Below the pieces are notes generated by a model that saw only the letters and a program-made list of their open reading frames with translations, was not told the origin of the DNA and did no database searches. A DNA stretch of 64,000 nt. Origin: an uncultured Candidatus Saccharibacteria bacterium. GTDB taxonomy: Bacteria; Patescibacteriota; Minisyncoccia; Phycocordibacterales; WO2-35-19. Made by a program: the position numbers and the translations under genes. Shown here one piece after another: positions 36,407-46,577 of the stretch. Location: contig CAZPQX010000001.1 of the NCBI GenBank assembly GCA_964589445.1, positions 110,098 to 174,097 on the forward strand, read 5' to 3'. How positions within the stretch are numbered: position 1 is the first letter of the stretch; each line of letters starts with the position of its first letter.

Positions 36407-36811
36407 ATGAACGAAACCTATATCTACAACGACCTGGTCAAGCCATTTTGGTCTCCTCCATCATGGATATTTGGTCCAGTGTGGAGCGTTTTGTATTTTA
36501 TAATAGCAATATCTTTCAGTACCATATTTTATAAAGCAATCAAAAAGGAAATCCCTTTCGCAACAGCCCTACCCTTTATACTCAATCTACTTTTCAACTT
36601 TTTGTTTACCCCGCTCCAATTTGGAATACAAAACAACATCTTGGCTTCTGTAGACATATTGCTAGTACTCGCGACCCTTGTCTGGGCACTCCTCACTGTG
36701 TATAAAAAGCACAAAAACCTACGCTGGATAGCCTACGCCAACATACCCTATTTGCTTTGGGTGACTTTCGCGACTTTTTTACAACTCACCATCACTTATT
36801 TGAATATGTAA
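36407..36811 (+). CDS. TspO/MBR-family (tryptophan-rich sensory protein) membrane protein
   Basis: FWSPPSWIFGPVWSVLYFIIAIS...LNLLFNFLFTPLQFG matches the TspO signature. Confidence 0.65.
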   Translation: MNETYIYNDLVKPFWSPPSWIFGPVWSVLYFIIAISFSTIFYKAIKKEIPFATALPFILNLLFNFLFTPLQFGIQNNILASVDILLVLATLVWALLTVYKKHKNLRWIAYANIPYLLWVTFATFLQLTITYLNM

Positions 36812-36856
36812 AAAAGCTTGTAATAAAATATGATAAAATATTTTTATTAAAATAAT

Positions 36857-37180
36857 TTGAAAGGTATGACAAATTCAAACCCAGCTATTGAAGCACTCAA
36901 AAGAGAGATCGAAAAAGAAGTACAAGAACTTAAAGAAAAACAAAACGAACAAAGGAAAAAAGACTCTGAGTTATCACGCAAAAAACAAGAATACGAGCGC
37001 AAACAAGCTGAGGCTGACAAACTAAAAAAGGAGCTTGAAGATTTGGAAAAGGAAGTAAACGATATTAAGTCAGATATACAGAAGCTAGAACAAGAAAGGA
37101 CGAACAAAGAATCTTCTTTAAGGGAGATGCAGCAAGAACTTGCAAATTCAATAAAAGAATCTGAAAAAGACAAAAAATAG
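36857..37180 (+). CDS. Coiled-coil hypothetical protein
   Basis: Continuous E/K/Q-rich heptad pattern over about 100 aa. Confidence 0.4.
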   Translation: MKGMTNSNPAIEALKREIEKEVQELKEKQNEQRKKDSELSRKKQEYERKQAEADKLKKELEDLEKEVNDIKSDIQKLEQERTNKESSLREMQQELANSIKESEKDKK

Positions 37181-37501
37181 GTAAAATTTTTAGACAAAGA
37201 AAAAGACGCTGTAGTGTTGCAAGTCACCGCAGCGCCTCGTCGAAAGTTTCCGTACTTATCCCCCGGGGAGGGGGCCCTAATGACTACCAGTCCTAGTCTG
37301 ATAGGCACCAGAAACATTCGAACAAAATCAAATCTAAACTATTTATTTAAAAAGTCAACAAAAATAAAGAGGGGTGTGGTACAGGGACAGAAACCACGAC
37401 CCCTCAGTGCTCACTTACTCTAACCTCCCACGAGGGTCGAGTGGCCACCATGGCTGAATGGCTGTGAGCTATATTGAGTATTAAATATAATAGATTTTTT
37501 G

Positions 37502-39220
37502 TCAAATGCCCTTTGAAATCGTTTCCTCTGGCCTATCGGGTGGCAGCTCGTAGTAGTTGATGAGGAATTTGGTGATATTGAGGAATGGGTCAGTCAAAGT
37601 CTCCGAAGCGTACCTAACATTTTTTGGGTAAGTATGGAAAAGAAAAACAAGGAACCTTGGTTTGAAAGCGGGGAAATATCCAAAAAATGAGTGGAGGTAT
37701 TTGTTTGGGGCATAACCAGCTATACCCTCCTCTGTCATCTGGGCTGTCCCAGTCTTCGCTGCCACGGAGTAGCCTGGTATCTTGGCTGTGCCATTCCTAA
37801 GAGAAGTGTCCACCACCTTTACAAGCATGCGAGTTATTTCTTCTGAAGTCTCAGGTTTTATCACTTGCTTTGCCGGAGCAAAAGAAGTCTTCTTTGTGAT
37901 ACCACTCTCATACTCTATTTTTTGGACTATATGAGGCACGATGAGTTTGCCACCGTTTGCAAGAGAAGAAAGTGCCCTCACAGTGGCTATAGGGGTAAGG
38001 GCGATACCTTGGCCGTAGCTCGCAGTTGCCATTTCTATATCTCTACCTGAGTCTAAGTTGTTTATCAGGCCAACTGTCTCGTTGGGTAAATCAATACCAG
38101 TCTCAGTGCCTATACCAAAACTTTTCATGTATTCAGGAAATTTGTCTCCCATCTTCATGGCCACATGAGCCACCCCTGTGTTTAAGGACTGATTTAAAAC
38201 ATCTTGCATAGTAGCTGTGCCTCTCCCCCTACCATCATAATTTGAAATGCGTTTTCCATTCAAAACAAGAAACCCAGCATCATAGTATGTACTCTCTGAA
38301 GTGATGACTCCTGTATCCAACCCAGAGGCTATGGTGAGGGGCTTTATTATCGAACCCATTTCAAAAACATCTTCCACCATAGGGTTCCTAAACGCAGAAA
38401 TACTACTCTCTTTAAAATTATTTAAATCGAAAGTTGGATCTGAGGCGATGGCGAAAATCTCTCCTGTGACTGGATCTATAATTATACCCCCCGCCAATTC
38501 ACTGCCCCAAGTTTCCTTTATATTTTCAAGTTCTTTTTGAAGGAAAACTTGTACAGAAGGTTCTATAGAAGTCACGATATCCCCCTCCTCTTCTGGTTTG
38601 TCACTAAATGTCTGCTTAACTCCAGAAAAAAATTCCGCAAAGAAATTATTAAATGCTTTGCTTTGATCTCTTTTTAATGTCTCTTCATAATACCTCTCAA
38701 GGCCATACCTCCCGGCAAGCTTATCTTCAAGGAAAGCCACGAAGCCAATACTTTGTGCTGCTAGGCTGCCCCCTGGGTAAAACCTCCATTTATCACCTGA
38801 GACATTCACACCATATAAATTTAGCTCTTTTATTTTATTTGCTGTTTCTGAATTCAGATTTTTTGCTATCTCTCTGTTTTTTTCTTTTTTATTAGATATT
38901 TTTGAGAAAAATTCTTCCCTAGTTATCGACATTACTTTGCTCAATTTTTCATAAATAAAATCACCGTCTTCTATCACGCTTGGATTTAGAGAAATAGTAA
39001 ATCCGGACCTTGAGATGGCCGCCGGTATCTTTTCACCCTTTCTATCTTGAAGATAAATTTCCCCACGATCAAAAGAAACTGTATTTTTGTTTACATACTG
39101 TCTTTCAGCAGAAGCAACAAAAGTCTCGCCCCTTACTATCTGAAGAAAATACAGTTTTATAACAAGAAATAAAGCAGCGACAATTAGAGCGACTGAAATA
39201 ATACGAATCCTGCCGTTCAT
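37502..39220 (-). CDS. ftsI: Peptidoglycan D,D-transpeptidase FtsI (class B PBP) of the dcw cluster
   Basis: N-terminal TM anchor, dimerisation domain, transpeptidase motifs SIIKP (SxxK), SxN and KTG(T); sits downstream of ftsL/rsmH/mraZ. Confidence 0.8.
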   Translation of the reverse strand: MNGRIRIISVALIVAALFLVIKLYFLQIVRGETFVASAERQYVNKNTVSFDRGEIYLQDRKGEKIPAAISRSGFTISLNPSVIEDGDFIYEKLSKVMSITREEFFSKISNKKEKNREIAKNLNSETANKIKELNLYGVNVSGDKWRFYPGGSLAAQSIGFVAFLEDKLAGRYGLERYYEETLKRDQSKAFNNFFAEFFSGVKQTFSDKPEEEGDIVTSIEPSVQVFLQKELENIKETWGSELAGGIIIDPVTGEIFAIASDPTFDLNNFKESSISAFRNPMVEDVFEMGSIIKPLTIASGLDTGVITSESTYYDAGFLVLNGKRISNYDGRGRGTATMQDVLNQSLNTGVAHVAMKMGDKFPEYMKSFGIGTETGIDLPNETVGLINNLDSGRDIEMATASYGQGIALTPIATVRALSSLANGGKLIVPHIVQKIEYESGITKKTSFAPAKQVIKPETSEEITRMLVKVVDTSLRNGTAKIPGYSVAAKTGTAQMTEEGIAGYAPNKYLHSFFGYFPAFKPRFLVFLFHTYPKNVRYASETLTDPFLNITKFLINYYELPPDRPEETISKGI

Positions 39221-39228
39221 GAAAGAGG

Positions 39229-39555
39229 CTACCTAGAATTAAAATTAATGGCTGTTCTCGCGTTGCCCTTGATGATGAATGTTTTACTATTTGCTTCTAC
39301 GAACCCGAGAGATACAGCAAGATCTGGGTTGATGGTATTTTCGGAAATAAGTCTTTGTGACTCCATTTCGCTCACCCTCATAGTAATCGACTGAACTTCT
39401 TCTTTGGTATTTTGAAGAACAGACAAAGTGCGCACTGTGCTGTTTGCAAAAAATATGTAGAGAGCGATGCAGAAAACAATAGAGAGCCCCACGGAAAACA
39501 AGGCACTCCTACTTTCTGCTATCGCTATCGCTTTTTCTTTTATTTGAACTCCCAT
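39229..39555 (-). CDS. ftsL: FtsL-like small bitopic cell-division protein
   Basis: 108 aa, single TM helix + short coiled coil, canonical position between rsmH and ftsI. Confidence 0.4.
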   Translation of the reverse strand: MGVQIKEKAIAIAESRSALFSVGLSIVFCIALYIFFANSTVRTLSVLQNTKEEVQSITMRVSEMESQRLISENTINPDLAVSLGFVEANSKTFIIKGNARTAINFNSR

Positions 39556-39578
39556 TTGTTTTTAATTATTTAATAAAT

Positions 39579-40481
39579 TTATATTTTTCTTATTACTCTA
39601 AGTTTGGCGCTACGGCTGCGAGGATTTTCGGCTATCTCTTGCTCGCTTGGAGTCATAGGTTTTTTACCAAAATCTTCTATGTACTCTGCTTCGCCACTTT
39701 CTACCTTTTCCCTAAAAAAATTCTTGACTATCCTGTCTTCAAGACTGTGGAATGAAATGACTGCCACTCTGCCGCCCTTTCTAAGGATAGTAAACGCACC
39801 ACGAAGGCCTTCTTCTAAAGCACGGAGCTCATCATTTACCGCTATGCGTATAGCCTGGAAAGTCTTGGTGGCTGGATGTATCCTGCCAAATCGGTAAAAG
39901 ACAGGCACTGCTCTCTTGATGATTTCTGCGAGCTCGAGTGATGTCTCGATTGGCTTATTTGCTCTCGCTTCGATAATAGCCTTGGCTATCCTCCTCGAAT
40001 ACTTTTCTTCGCCGTAGCCATATATCACAGTGGCAAGATTTTCTTCGCTCCAAGTATTGACCACATCATGAGCTGTGATGTCTTCTTCGCTTAAGTTACT
40101 CTTGAGACTCATGATAAGCGGCTCCTCCTTTTGAAAACTAAAACCCCTAGCCCCTTCTTCAAATTGAGGCGAGCTCCAACCAAGGTCGAAGACTATTTTT
40201 GAAGGCTGTTTTGCATCCAGAAGCTCTGGTGCTTTTTCGATATTTCTGAAATTTAGCTCTACTGCTTTATATCTGACCCCTGAGAGATCTAAATTTTCTT
40301 TTGCAATAGCAAGGGACATTTGGTCTGTGTCTATCCCGAAAAGCCCCACTGTGCCCTTGGTACGCCTAGAAACTTCCTCTAGGTGCCCACCTGACCCCAG
40401 CGTCGCATCAAGATAAACATCACCCTCTTCGAGAGCTAAACAATCTATCGCTTCTTTTAAAAGAACACTTTTATGGGCCAT
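39579..40481 (-). CDS. rsmH: 16S rRNA (cytosine1402-N4)-methyltransferase RsmH (MraW)
   Basis: MAHKSVLLKEAIDCLALEEGDVYLDATLGSGGHLEEV... SAM-binding motif. Confidence 0.9.
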   Translation of the reverse strand: MAHKSVLLKEAIDCLALEEGDVYLDATLGSGGHLEEVSRRTKGTVGLFGIDTDQMSLAIAKENLDLSGVRYKAVELNFRNIEKAPELLDAKQPSKIVFDLGWSSPQFEEGARGFSFQKEEPLIMSLKSNLSEEDITAHDVVNTWSEENLATVIYGYGEEKYSRRIAKAIIEARANKPIETSLELAEIIKRAVPVFYRFGRIHPATKTFQAIRIAVNDELRALEEGLRGAFTILRKGGRVAVISFHSLEDRIVKNFFREKVESGEAEYIEDFGKKPMTPSEQEIAENPRSRSAKLRVIRKI

Positions 40482-40486
40482 GGCGA

Positions 40487-40924
40487 TTACATTATCCCAA
40501 GTGAAGAAAGTTTTTCGGCCAAACTGTCGGCCTGCTTCTCCACCTGCCTCTTGTAATCAACCCACGACTTCTCATTCCATATTTCGAGCCTGTTTTGCAC
40601 ACCGATCAAAACTACTTTAGTTTTGAGATTGGCGCGCTCACGAAGGAAATCTGGAACCAAAACTCGCCCCATACCATCGATCTCTACTTCGACTGCTCCT
40701 CCAAACATATACCTGTTGAAGCTTCGCATGTCAGCAGAGAGGATAGATGAATTCTCCGAAAGTTTCGAAGAAATAGTCTTCCATTCTTCAGTGGTAAAAA
40801 CGAAGAGACATTGGTCGAGTCCAGGAGTAATAAATATTTTTTTACCTAGGAGGCTCCTCAGCTTTGAAGGCAGCGAAATCCTGTTTTTGTCGTCTATCGT
40901 ATGTGTGTATTCGCCTATAAGCAT
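40487..40924 (-). CDS. mraZ: Transcriptional regulator MraZ
   Basis: MLIGEYTHTIDDKNRISLPSKLR... duplicated DXXXR motif. Confidence 0.85.
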   Translation of the reverse strand: MLIGEYTHTIDDKNRISLPSKLRSLLGKKIFITPGLDQCLFVFTTEEWKTISSKLSENSSILSADMRSFNRYMFGGAVEVEIDGMGRVLVPDFLRERANLKTKVVLIGVQNRLEIWNEKSWVDYKRQVEKQADSLAEKLSSLGIM

Positions 40925-40939
40925 ATTTATTTATTACTC

Positions 40940-40985
40940 CTGTCACAACCCACTTCTTCCCACTTGGTTCCATTTTACACCACCT
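40940..40985 (-). promoter_or_regulatory. Candidate MraZ operator: direct GTGG(G) repeats with about 10-bp periodicity upstream of mraZ
   Basis: minus strand: aggtggtgtaaaatggaaccaagtgggaagaagtgggttgtgac. Confidence 0.3.
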
Positions 40986-41036
40986 GATTGCACCGGTCTA
41001 CCACAAAGCCCCATTTCCTGTGGATAAAAGCAAAAT

Positions 41037-41074
41037 CGCCCTATTTCTAGAGCGATTTTGCTTTCCAAAACCAA
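41037..41074. terminator. Perfect 13-bp inverted repeat hairpin downstream of lysK / upstream of mraZ
   Basis: aaagcaaaatcgc cctatttctaga gcgattttgcttt. Confidence 0.4.
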
Positions 41075-41089
41075 ATCCTGAACACTTTT

Positions 41090-42724
41090 TTATATGCTCA
41101 GTAGCTTGAGGCAAGTACCTCTGTCTATAGCCCAAATAAATGTGGACAGTCTAGGACCCGCATCTTTACTTATGAGAAGGTTGTAGAGATGTTTGAAAAA
41201 TGCTTTTTGAGCTGGAGCGTTTTCTTTGTCTGTCTTTGCAAGGTCTTTGGGGATGGAGTAAACCAATTTTTCCAACTCCTCCACTGAATCATATTCCTTT
41301 TCTAGTTCCTCCTTTAGTTTTCTAACTTGGTTTTTGGAGTTTTCATCCATAGAATCACTATAATTTTCATTTACAGAATCTCGGAGGGTAATAGACTCTT
41401 CTGGGTTATATTTTTGAAGCCAGTTCTTTGCTTTTTCTATTCTTACCTCTACAGAATTTTTATCATAATCAGCATTCAAATCTGTTATAAGATTCATTGT
41501 TTTATCCAAATTCCATTGAGTGATTTGGCCCAAAGAAACTGCTTGTTTGAAAGGAATAGGATTTTGGTATTTTTCATACCCACTGAGAGAAACCGACTTA
41601 GAGTCAGAAGGATTTTCTACTTCTCTATCAAACTCGTCATACTGTCTATATATTTCTGTGTCAAAAGCCAGACTAAAAGGTTGATCTGGTCTTCTTCTAA
41701 AATAAAGCCACTTAAGCAGTGAGGGCTCATATATGTCCAAAAGTTCTTTAGGAGAAATGGCATTGCCTTTAGAACCAGACATTTTACTTCCTCCTCCTTG
41801 TATACCTACAAATTTATATTCTGCAAAGAAAGGCTGTTCTATACCAAATATTTTTTCAGCTATCACACTAGAAACATCATAGCTGCTGCCCGGTGAAGCA
41901 TGGTCATGCCCGCCCGGTTCAAACACCACACCTTCTTGCTTCCATCTCATCGGCCAATCTACTTTCCATGCAAGCTTTGCTATCCTATCTTTTGATAGAT
42001 CCACGGTTTCCTCTTTTCCAGTTTCTACACACTTATAAGTAATGGAAGTCGCTCCGTCACAAGACAATACCTTGGTTGCATCTTTGTTTGTAAACCTAGA
42101 ATAAACAGATATGGGATAATAATTTTCAATATAATCTTCTTCATTGATTCCACCCTCTTCCTTACCCTTTTCAGTCATAAAAGAAAGCAACACTTTTGCA
42201 ATCTCCTTTCTCTTTTGAAGACTCAGGAAGATCATTTCATCGTATCGCCCACTCTTGTATTCGTCAGTCTGATATTTATATTCAAGCTCTATACCAAGCT
42301 CTCGCATAGCATTTTCAAAGGGTTTCTGAAAGTATTCTGCATAAGAAGAAAACCCCTCCACTGGACTAGGGACCATAGATAGTGGCATACCGATATACTT
42401 TTCAAATTCCTTGGGAATATTTACAGGAACCTTTCTAAATCTATCGAAGTTGTCCCAAGAAAAAATACATCTGGAATTTTTACCTTCTTTTTTTAAAGCC
42501 AAATGTACAGCAAAAGCAGTTATGACATCTCGGAAATTTCCAAAATGAACTATCCCAGACGGGCTAATACCAGCTGCGCAAGTAAAAACATCACTTTTTA
42601 CTTTGTTTATTATTTCAGAAGCAATTGCCTCACTCCAGTGTTTATTGTTTAGATCAAACTTATCTAGGTTTAGTCTTTTGTCATTCATTCTAGCTATTCT
42701 ACACCCAGAATTACTCAATACCAA
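41090..42724 (-). CDS. lysK: Lysyl-tRNA synthetase, class I (archaeal-type LysK)
   Basis: Class I motifs: ...ISPSGIVHFGNFRD (HIGH-like) and GGGSKMSGSKGNAIS (KMSKS); 544 aa. Confidence 0.7.
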   Translation of the reverse strand: MVLSNSGCRIARMNDKRLNLDKFDLNNKHWSEAIASEIINKVKSDVFTCAAGISPSGIVHFGNFRDVITAFAVHLALKKEGKNSRCIFSWDNFDRFRKVPVNIPKEFEKYIGMPLSMVPSPVEGFSSYAEYFQKPFENAMRELGIELEYKYQTDEYKSGRYDEMIFLSLQKRKEIAKVLLSFMTEKGKEEGGINEEDYIENYYPISVYSRFTNKDATKVLSCDGATSITYKCVETGKEETVDLSKDRIAKLAWKVDWPMRWKQEGVVFEPGGHDHASPGSSYDVSSVIAEKIFGIEQPFFAEYKFVGIQGGGSKMSGSKGNAISPKELLDIYEPSLLKWLYFRRRPDQPFSLAFDTEIYRQYDEFDREVENPSDSKSVSLSGYEKYQNPIPFKQAVSLGQITQWNLDKTMNLITDLNADYDKNSVEVRIEKAKNWLQKYNPEESITLRDSVNENYSDSMDENSKNQVRKLKEELEKEYDSVEELEKLVYSIPKDLAKTDKENAPAQKAFFKHLYNLLISKDAGPRLSTFIWAIDRGTCLKLLSI

Positions 42725-43175
42725 TTATTTTGTAAGTAACAGACCCAGCTGGAGTATTGAACTTGAAGCTCTCGCTCTTTTTCTTCCCGAGCACTGCTTC
42801 ACCAAAAGGAGATTTGACCGAAATCTTGCCTGTAGAAATATCAGACTCTTCGCCACCTACGATAGTGTAAACCTTTTCAGCTTTGTCGCCTTCTTTGACT
42901 ACTTTGACTACAGAGCCGACTACCACGAGGTCGGTATTGTGAGAAGAAACTATGACAGCATTTTTGAGTACAGACTCGATTTTTTGTATCCTGTCTTCCA
43001 CCACACCCTGCATATCGCGAGCTTCATGATATTCTGCATTTTCAGATAAGTCGCCAAGTGACTTCGCATATTCGAGCTGTTCGGCTATCTCCTTCCTTCT
43101 TACCTTTTTTAAATGTTCGAGTTCCTCTATAAGAGTTTTCTCTTTTTCTTTAGTTATATATTCTTTTTCGTTCAT
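42711..43175 (-). CDS. greA: Transcription elongation factor GreA
   Basis: N-terminal coiled coil with LSENAEYHEARD and C-terminal FKBP-like domain. Confidence 0.85.
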   Translation of the reverse strand: MNEKEYITKEKEKTLIEELEHLKKVRRKEIAEQLEYAKSLGDLSENAEYHEARDMQGVVEDRIQKIESVLKNAVIVSSHNTDLVVVGSVVKVVKEGDKAEKVYTIVGGEESDISTGKISVKSPFGEAVLGKKKSESFKFNTPAGSVTYKIIGIE

Positions 43176-43225
43176 ATTTTTAAATTAAATAGGAAATAGG
43201 CATTGTACTCGTTTTTGACCAAAAG

Positions 43226-44554
43226 TCAATGTGGATTTTTCTTGGTTTTCCACTCCTCGCCTTGCCTTACAAGCCTTTTTTGGTCTTTTGGGTCAGCGAG
43301 GAGCGGCTTTATGGCCTCCTCTGCAAATACTCCATTTTGAGAACCTTTGACCAAAATCACAGAATCTTCTTTCAAATTTCTAAAAACTATTTCACCCGCC
43401 TCTTTAGAACTTTGAGCTCTGTATACAGTGACACCTTTTGCTTGTGCAGCGTCAGCAAGGAAGCTATTTGCATCCCTACCTATCGTGACCACGAAATCCA
43501 GAGTCTCTGGATTACAGTATCTTCCCACTTCTGTGTGTGCATCAGGTGAAGAGACGCCAAGCTCATTCATCATGCCGAGCACTGCCACCTTGTGAATCTT
43601 TGGGTGAGTATACAGAGCGTCTAGAGCGATCTTCATGGATGCCGGGCTTGCGTTGTACGAATCGTCGATGATGACAGACTTTTTAATTCCACCAAGTGTT
43701 TGCATGCGACCTTCAAAACTTTGCAAGCCAGACAGAGAGTCTTTGGCTTCTTCGATAGAAAGTGACATGTGTCTCACAATAGCGAGGCCAACACAAACAG
43801 AGTAAAGCTGCACTTCTGAGACTGCGGGGTAAAATACTTCTGTCATCTTGCCTCCTTTGTAAGATATTTCGAAATTAAATCCGTTTTCTTGTTTTTTTAT
43901 ATTTTCAATCTTATAAACCGAGCCAAAACCCTTTCCGTAAAAAATTATCTTCTTATGATCTACATTTTCAGGTACTGTCTCGCACAAGTCTCTGTTTACA
44001 AAAATCACATCACTAAAGAAACTGACTGACCACTCTTCTTCCATCACATTTTCAAGTGACCCAAAAAACTCCATGTGCTCGGGAGTGACAGCTGTGAGCA
44101 CTGCGATATCGACATGCAGGTATTTGCGAAACTCTGCGATGTCGCCCGGCTTGTCAGTGCCTAGCTCTAGCACCACAAAGTCAAATGGGAAATCACTCAA
44201 TATTTGACCCTCGTTTTGTAAAATTACTTTTGCCCAAGCGAAAGGATTATATAAACTCGGCATCTCCTGACCAAACATACATAGGGGCACACTCAAAATG
44301 TCATTATAATTTCCTTCTTGGTATCGCACTCTTTTTTCTGCCGAAAGAGCTTTGGCTACCGCCATCTTAGTGCTCGTCTTGCCGATACTACCTACCACTC
44401 CGACAATTTTAAAATTGTGCTTGGCACGGAGTCTCCTGACCTGCGAGCCCAGGATAGAGACCAAGATACCTTTGAGAAGTGATTTCATTAAGATAAATTC
44501 TAGCCTACTTTGCCCACTCAAACACACTTGACAAAGTTGCAATATTCGTTGCAT
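43226..44554 (-). CDS. murF: Mur ligase family, likely UDP-MurNAc-tripeptide--D-Ala-D-Ala ligase MurF
   Basis: P-loop VVGSIGKTSTK, Mur ligase central and C-terminal domains (NASPASMKIALDAL). Confidence 0.6.
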   Translation of the reverse strand: MQRILQLCQVCLSGQSRLEFILMKSLLKGILVSILGSQVRRLRAKHNFKIVGVVGSIGKTSTKMAVAKALSAEKRVRYQEGNYNDILSVPLCMFGQEMPSLYNPFAWAKVILQNEGQILSDFPFDFVVLELGTDKPGDIAEFRKYLHVDIAVLTAVTPEHMEFFGSLENVMEEEWSVSFFSDVIFVNRDLCETVPENVDHKKIIFYGKGFGSVYKIENIKKQENGFNFEISYKGGKMTEVFYPAVSEVQLYSVCVGLAIVRHMSLSIEEAKDSLSGLQSFEGRMQTLGGIKKSVIIDDSYNASPASMKIALDALYTHPKIHKVAVLGMMNELGVSSPDAHTEVGRYCNPETLDFVVTIGRDANSFLADAAQAKGVTVYRAQSSKEAGEIVFRNLKEDSVILVKGSQNGVFAEEAIKPLLADPKDQKRLVRQGEEWKTKKNPH

Positions 44555-44587
44555 ACACTTTCCCGCGGCCGCGATTTTTTGTATAAA

Positions 44588-46303
44588 TTATTTTATATAT
44601 TCGGGAGTATTGATAGCCATCCAGTCGAGGAGTTGGCGCATTACATAAGTCGCACCAGTCAGGTTGGTCACAGGCCCTCTTTCCATCACCACAGCAAAAG
44701 CGTATTTTGGATTTTCATAAGGGAAAAATCCGATCACCCAAGAGTTTACAAATTGCTTCCTTGCTCCGAGCTCGGCGGTACCAGTCTTGCCTGCGACAGC
44801 AAGTCCGGGGACACTGAGACCTCTCGCGGTACCGTCAGTCACAGCAAGTCGCATGCCTTCTCGGGCAATTTGAAAGTGCTCTGGGTCACCTTCTACCCTA
44901 CCACCATCTACTACTGTCGAAGTCGAAGTAAACAAAATACTAGGCACCAAAAGCTTGCCGCCATTTGCAAGACTCGCAGTTGCTACGACAGCTTGTATTG
45001 GAGTGATTTGAGTACCGTATTGGCCGATCGATGTGTTGTAGGTGTCCCCGACTCTCCATATTTCACCATCAAAAGTTTTGGCTTTCCAATCAGGATCAGG
45101 GATGACTCCTGCGGCTTCTTTTTCATTATCAAATCCTGTCTTTTTGGTAAAGCCGAATTTTTCTAAATATTCTTTTATCCTCTGGACACCCAAACCTTTT
45201 TGAGAACCAAACCCGCCCCCTATTTGATAAAAGTAAACATCCGAAGAAACAGATATAGCCTTCCTCATATCTGTCGCGCCGTGAGCCTTCCAGTCTCTAA
45301 AAATAGTTGGTTGATCTGGATTGTATGGGTTGGGTATCACGAGGCGGCCCTCACTCACGATTTCTTTTTCTGGAGAAATTATATTTTCCTCAAGGGCCGC
45401 GAAGGCAAGGAAAGGCTTCACTATAGACCCTGGTGTATATAGACCTGATATAACCCTATTTAAAAATGGGTTGTTTGGATTTTGGAAATACCCTTGTATG
45501 GTTTCAGCGTCTGTCCCGTCAGTCATTACCGAAGGTTTATATTCAGGGAAAGTAGACATGGCCAAAACTTCTCCAGAGTGTATATCCATTATTATCCCTG
45601 AGCCACCCTGGAAACCTACTTTTTGTGCCAAACCTTCTATTGTTGAGTAAAGTTTATTTTGTACTCTTGAATCAACCGAGAGTACGGCATCCTCACCTAT
45701 CCTAGCCCTCCTTACGACACTTTCAGAAACAACATTGCCTGAGACATCAGTCTCCATAAATTTGATACCATTGCTCCCTGCCAATATTTCATCCAAGTAA
45801 AGCTCGGCTCCGTCTTTTGGCACAAACTCATCTTCATAATAAAAGCCGGCACTGTCTTTGGCAGGATATTTTATAAACCCAAGTAAGTTTCCGAGGCCAT
45901 CTAGTTCAGTGTACTTTCTTCTAGGAAACTCTTCCTGATCCAAAGACTCACTCTCTTTTTGATTCCACGAAAGCTTGGCACCCTCTCTGCTCAAGATAGA
46001 GCCGCGTGGCGCCACCACCACAATCTCTTTCAGTTTGTTGTTTTCACTTCTTTCTCTGTACTCCTCACCATTTACAACCTGCAAAGAAAAAATCTTAAAC
46101 AAAAAAACAGTTCCGATTAAAATAAAAAAAGTAAAGAAAAATGTAAAAGCCCAGGGAGACAAAGATTTTTCGAGGCGACCTTCGAGCTGATAGGTGTTGA
46201 ACTCTGGAAGATTTTTGGAATCTAGAAATATCAAATCAGGATCTATATCCTCATAGCTCCTTTTATTAAAACTCTTTATTATTTTTTTTAGATTGCCAAA
46301 CAT
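44588..46303 (-). CDS. mrdA: Penicillin-binding protein 2 (elongasome transpeptidase)
   Basis: TM anchor, SIVKP (SxxK), KTGT motif; immediately downstream of mreB-mreC-mreD-like. Confidence 0.8.
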   Translation of the reverse strand: MFGNLKKIIKSFNKRSYEDIDPDLIFLDSKNLPEFNTYQLEGRLEKSLSPWAFTFFFTFFILIGTVFLFKIFSLQVVNGEEYRERSENNKLKEIVVVAPRGSILSREGAKLSWNQKESESLDQEEFPRRKYTELDGLGNLLGFIKYPAKDSAGFYYEDEFVPKDGAELYLDEILAGSNGIKFMETDVSGNVVSESVVRRARIGEDAVLSVDSRVQNKLYSTIEGLAQKVGFQGGSGIIMDIHSGEVLAMSTFPEYKPSVMTDGTDAETIQGYFQNPNNPFLNRVISGLYTPGSIVKPFLAFAALEENIISPEKEIVSEGRLVIPNPYNPDQPTIFRDWKAHGATDMRKAISVSSDVYFYQIGGGFGSQKGLGVQRIKEYLEKFGFTKKTGFDNEKEAAGVIPDPDWKAKTFDGEIWRVGDTYNTSIGQYGTQITPIQAVVATASLANGGKLLVPSILFTSTSTVVDGGRVEGDPEHFQIAREGMRLAVTDGTARGLSVPGLAVAGKTGTAELGARKQFVNSWVIGFFPYENPKYAFAVVMERGPVTNLTGATYVMRQLLDWMAINTPEYIK

Positions 46304-46304
46304 T

Positions 46305-46577
46305 TTATATTTTCCTTTGCCAATTTATCCTATCTCCTAAGAAGAATGCCACAAAAATTAGGGCTATCGAAAATAAGCTGAAGATGTTGTCCCTCCAAAA
46401 TCCTTCGCCGAAATAATATATATTATCTAATAGAGCTGCGAAAATTATTATTTCATATGGTAGCTTTGCCAGGTATACATATATAAGAGCAAGTGGGAAA
46501 AATATCCACCACCCAAATACAAGGGTAAGGATGACCATGATGACAGAGTAAATAATCCTCAACATTTTATTCTTCAA
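46305..46577 (-). CDS. Small polytopic membrane protein in the MreD position (MreD-like)
   Basis: 90 aa, 3 TM helices, between mreC and PBP2. Confidence 0.35.
   Translation of the reverse strand: MKNKMLRIIYSVIMVILTLVFGWWIFFPLALIYVYLAKLPYEIIIFAALLDNIYYFGEGFWRDNIFSLFSIALIFVAFFLGDRINWQRKI

Noticed and set aside
36070-36811. Possible frameshifted single TspO gene spanning ORFs 36070..36402 and 36407..36811
   Set aside because: Only the second ORF shows TspO similarity; the first has a different TM pattern and its own start, so they are kept as separate genes.
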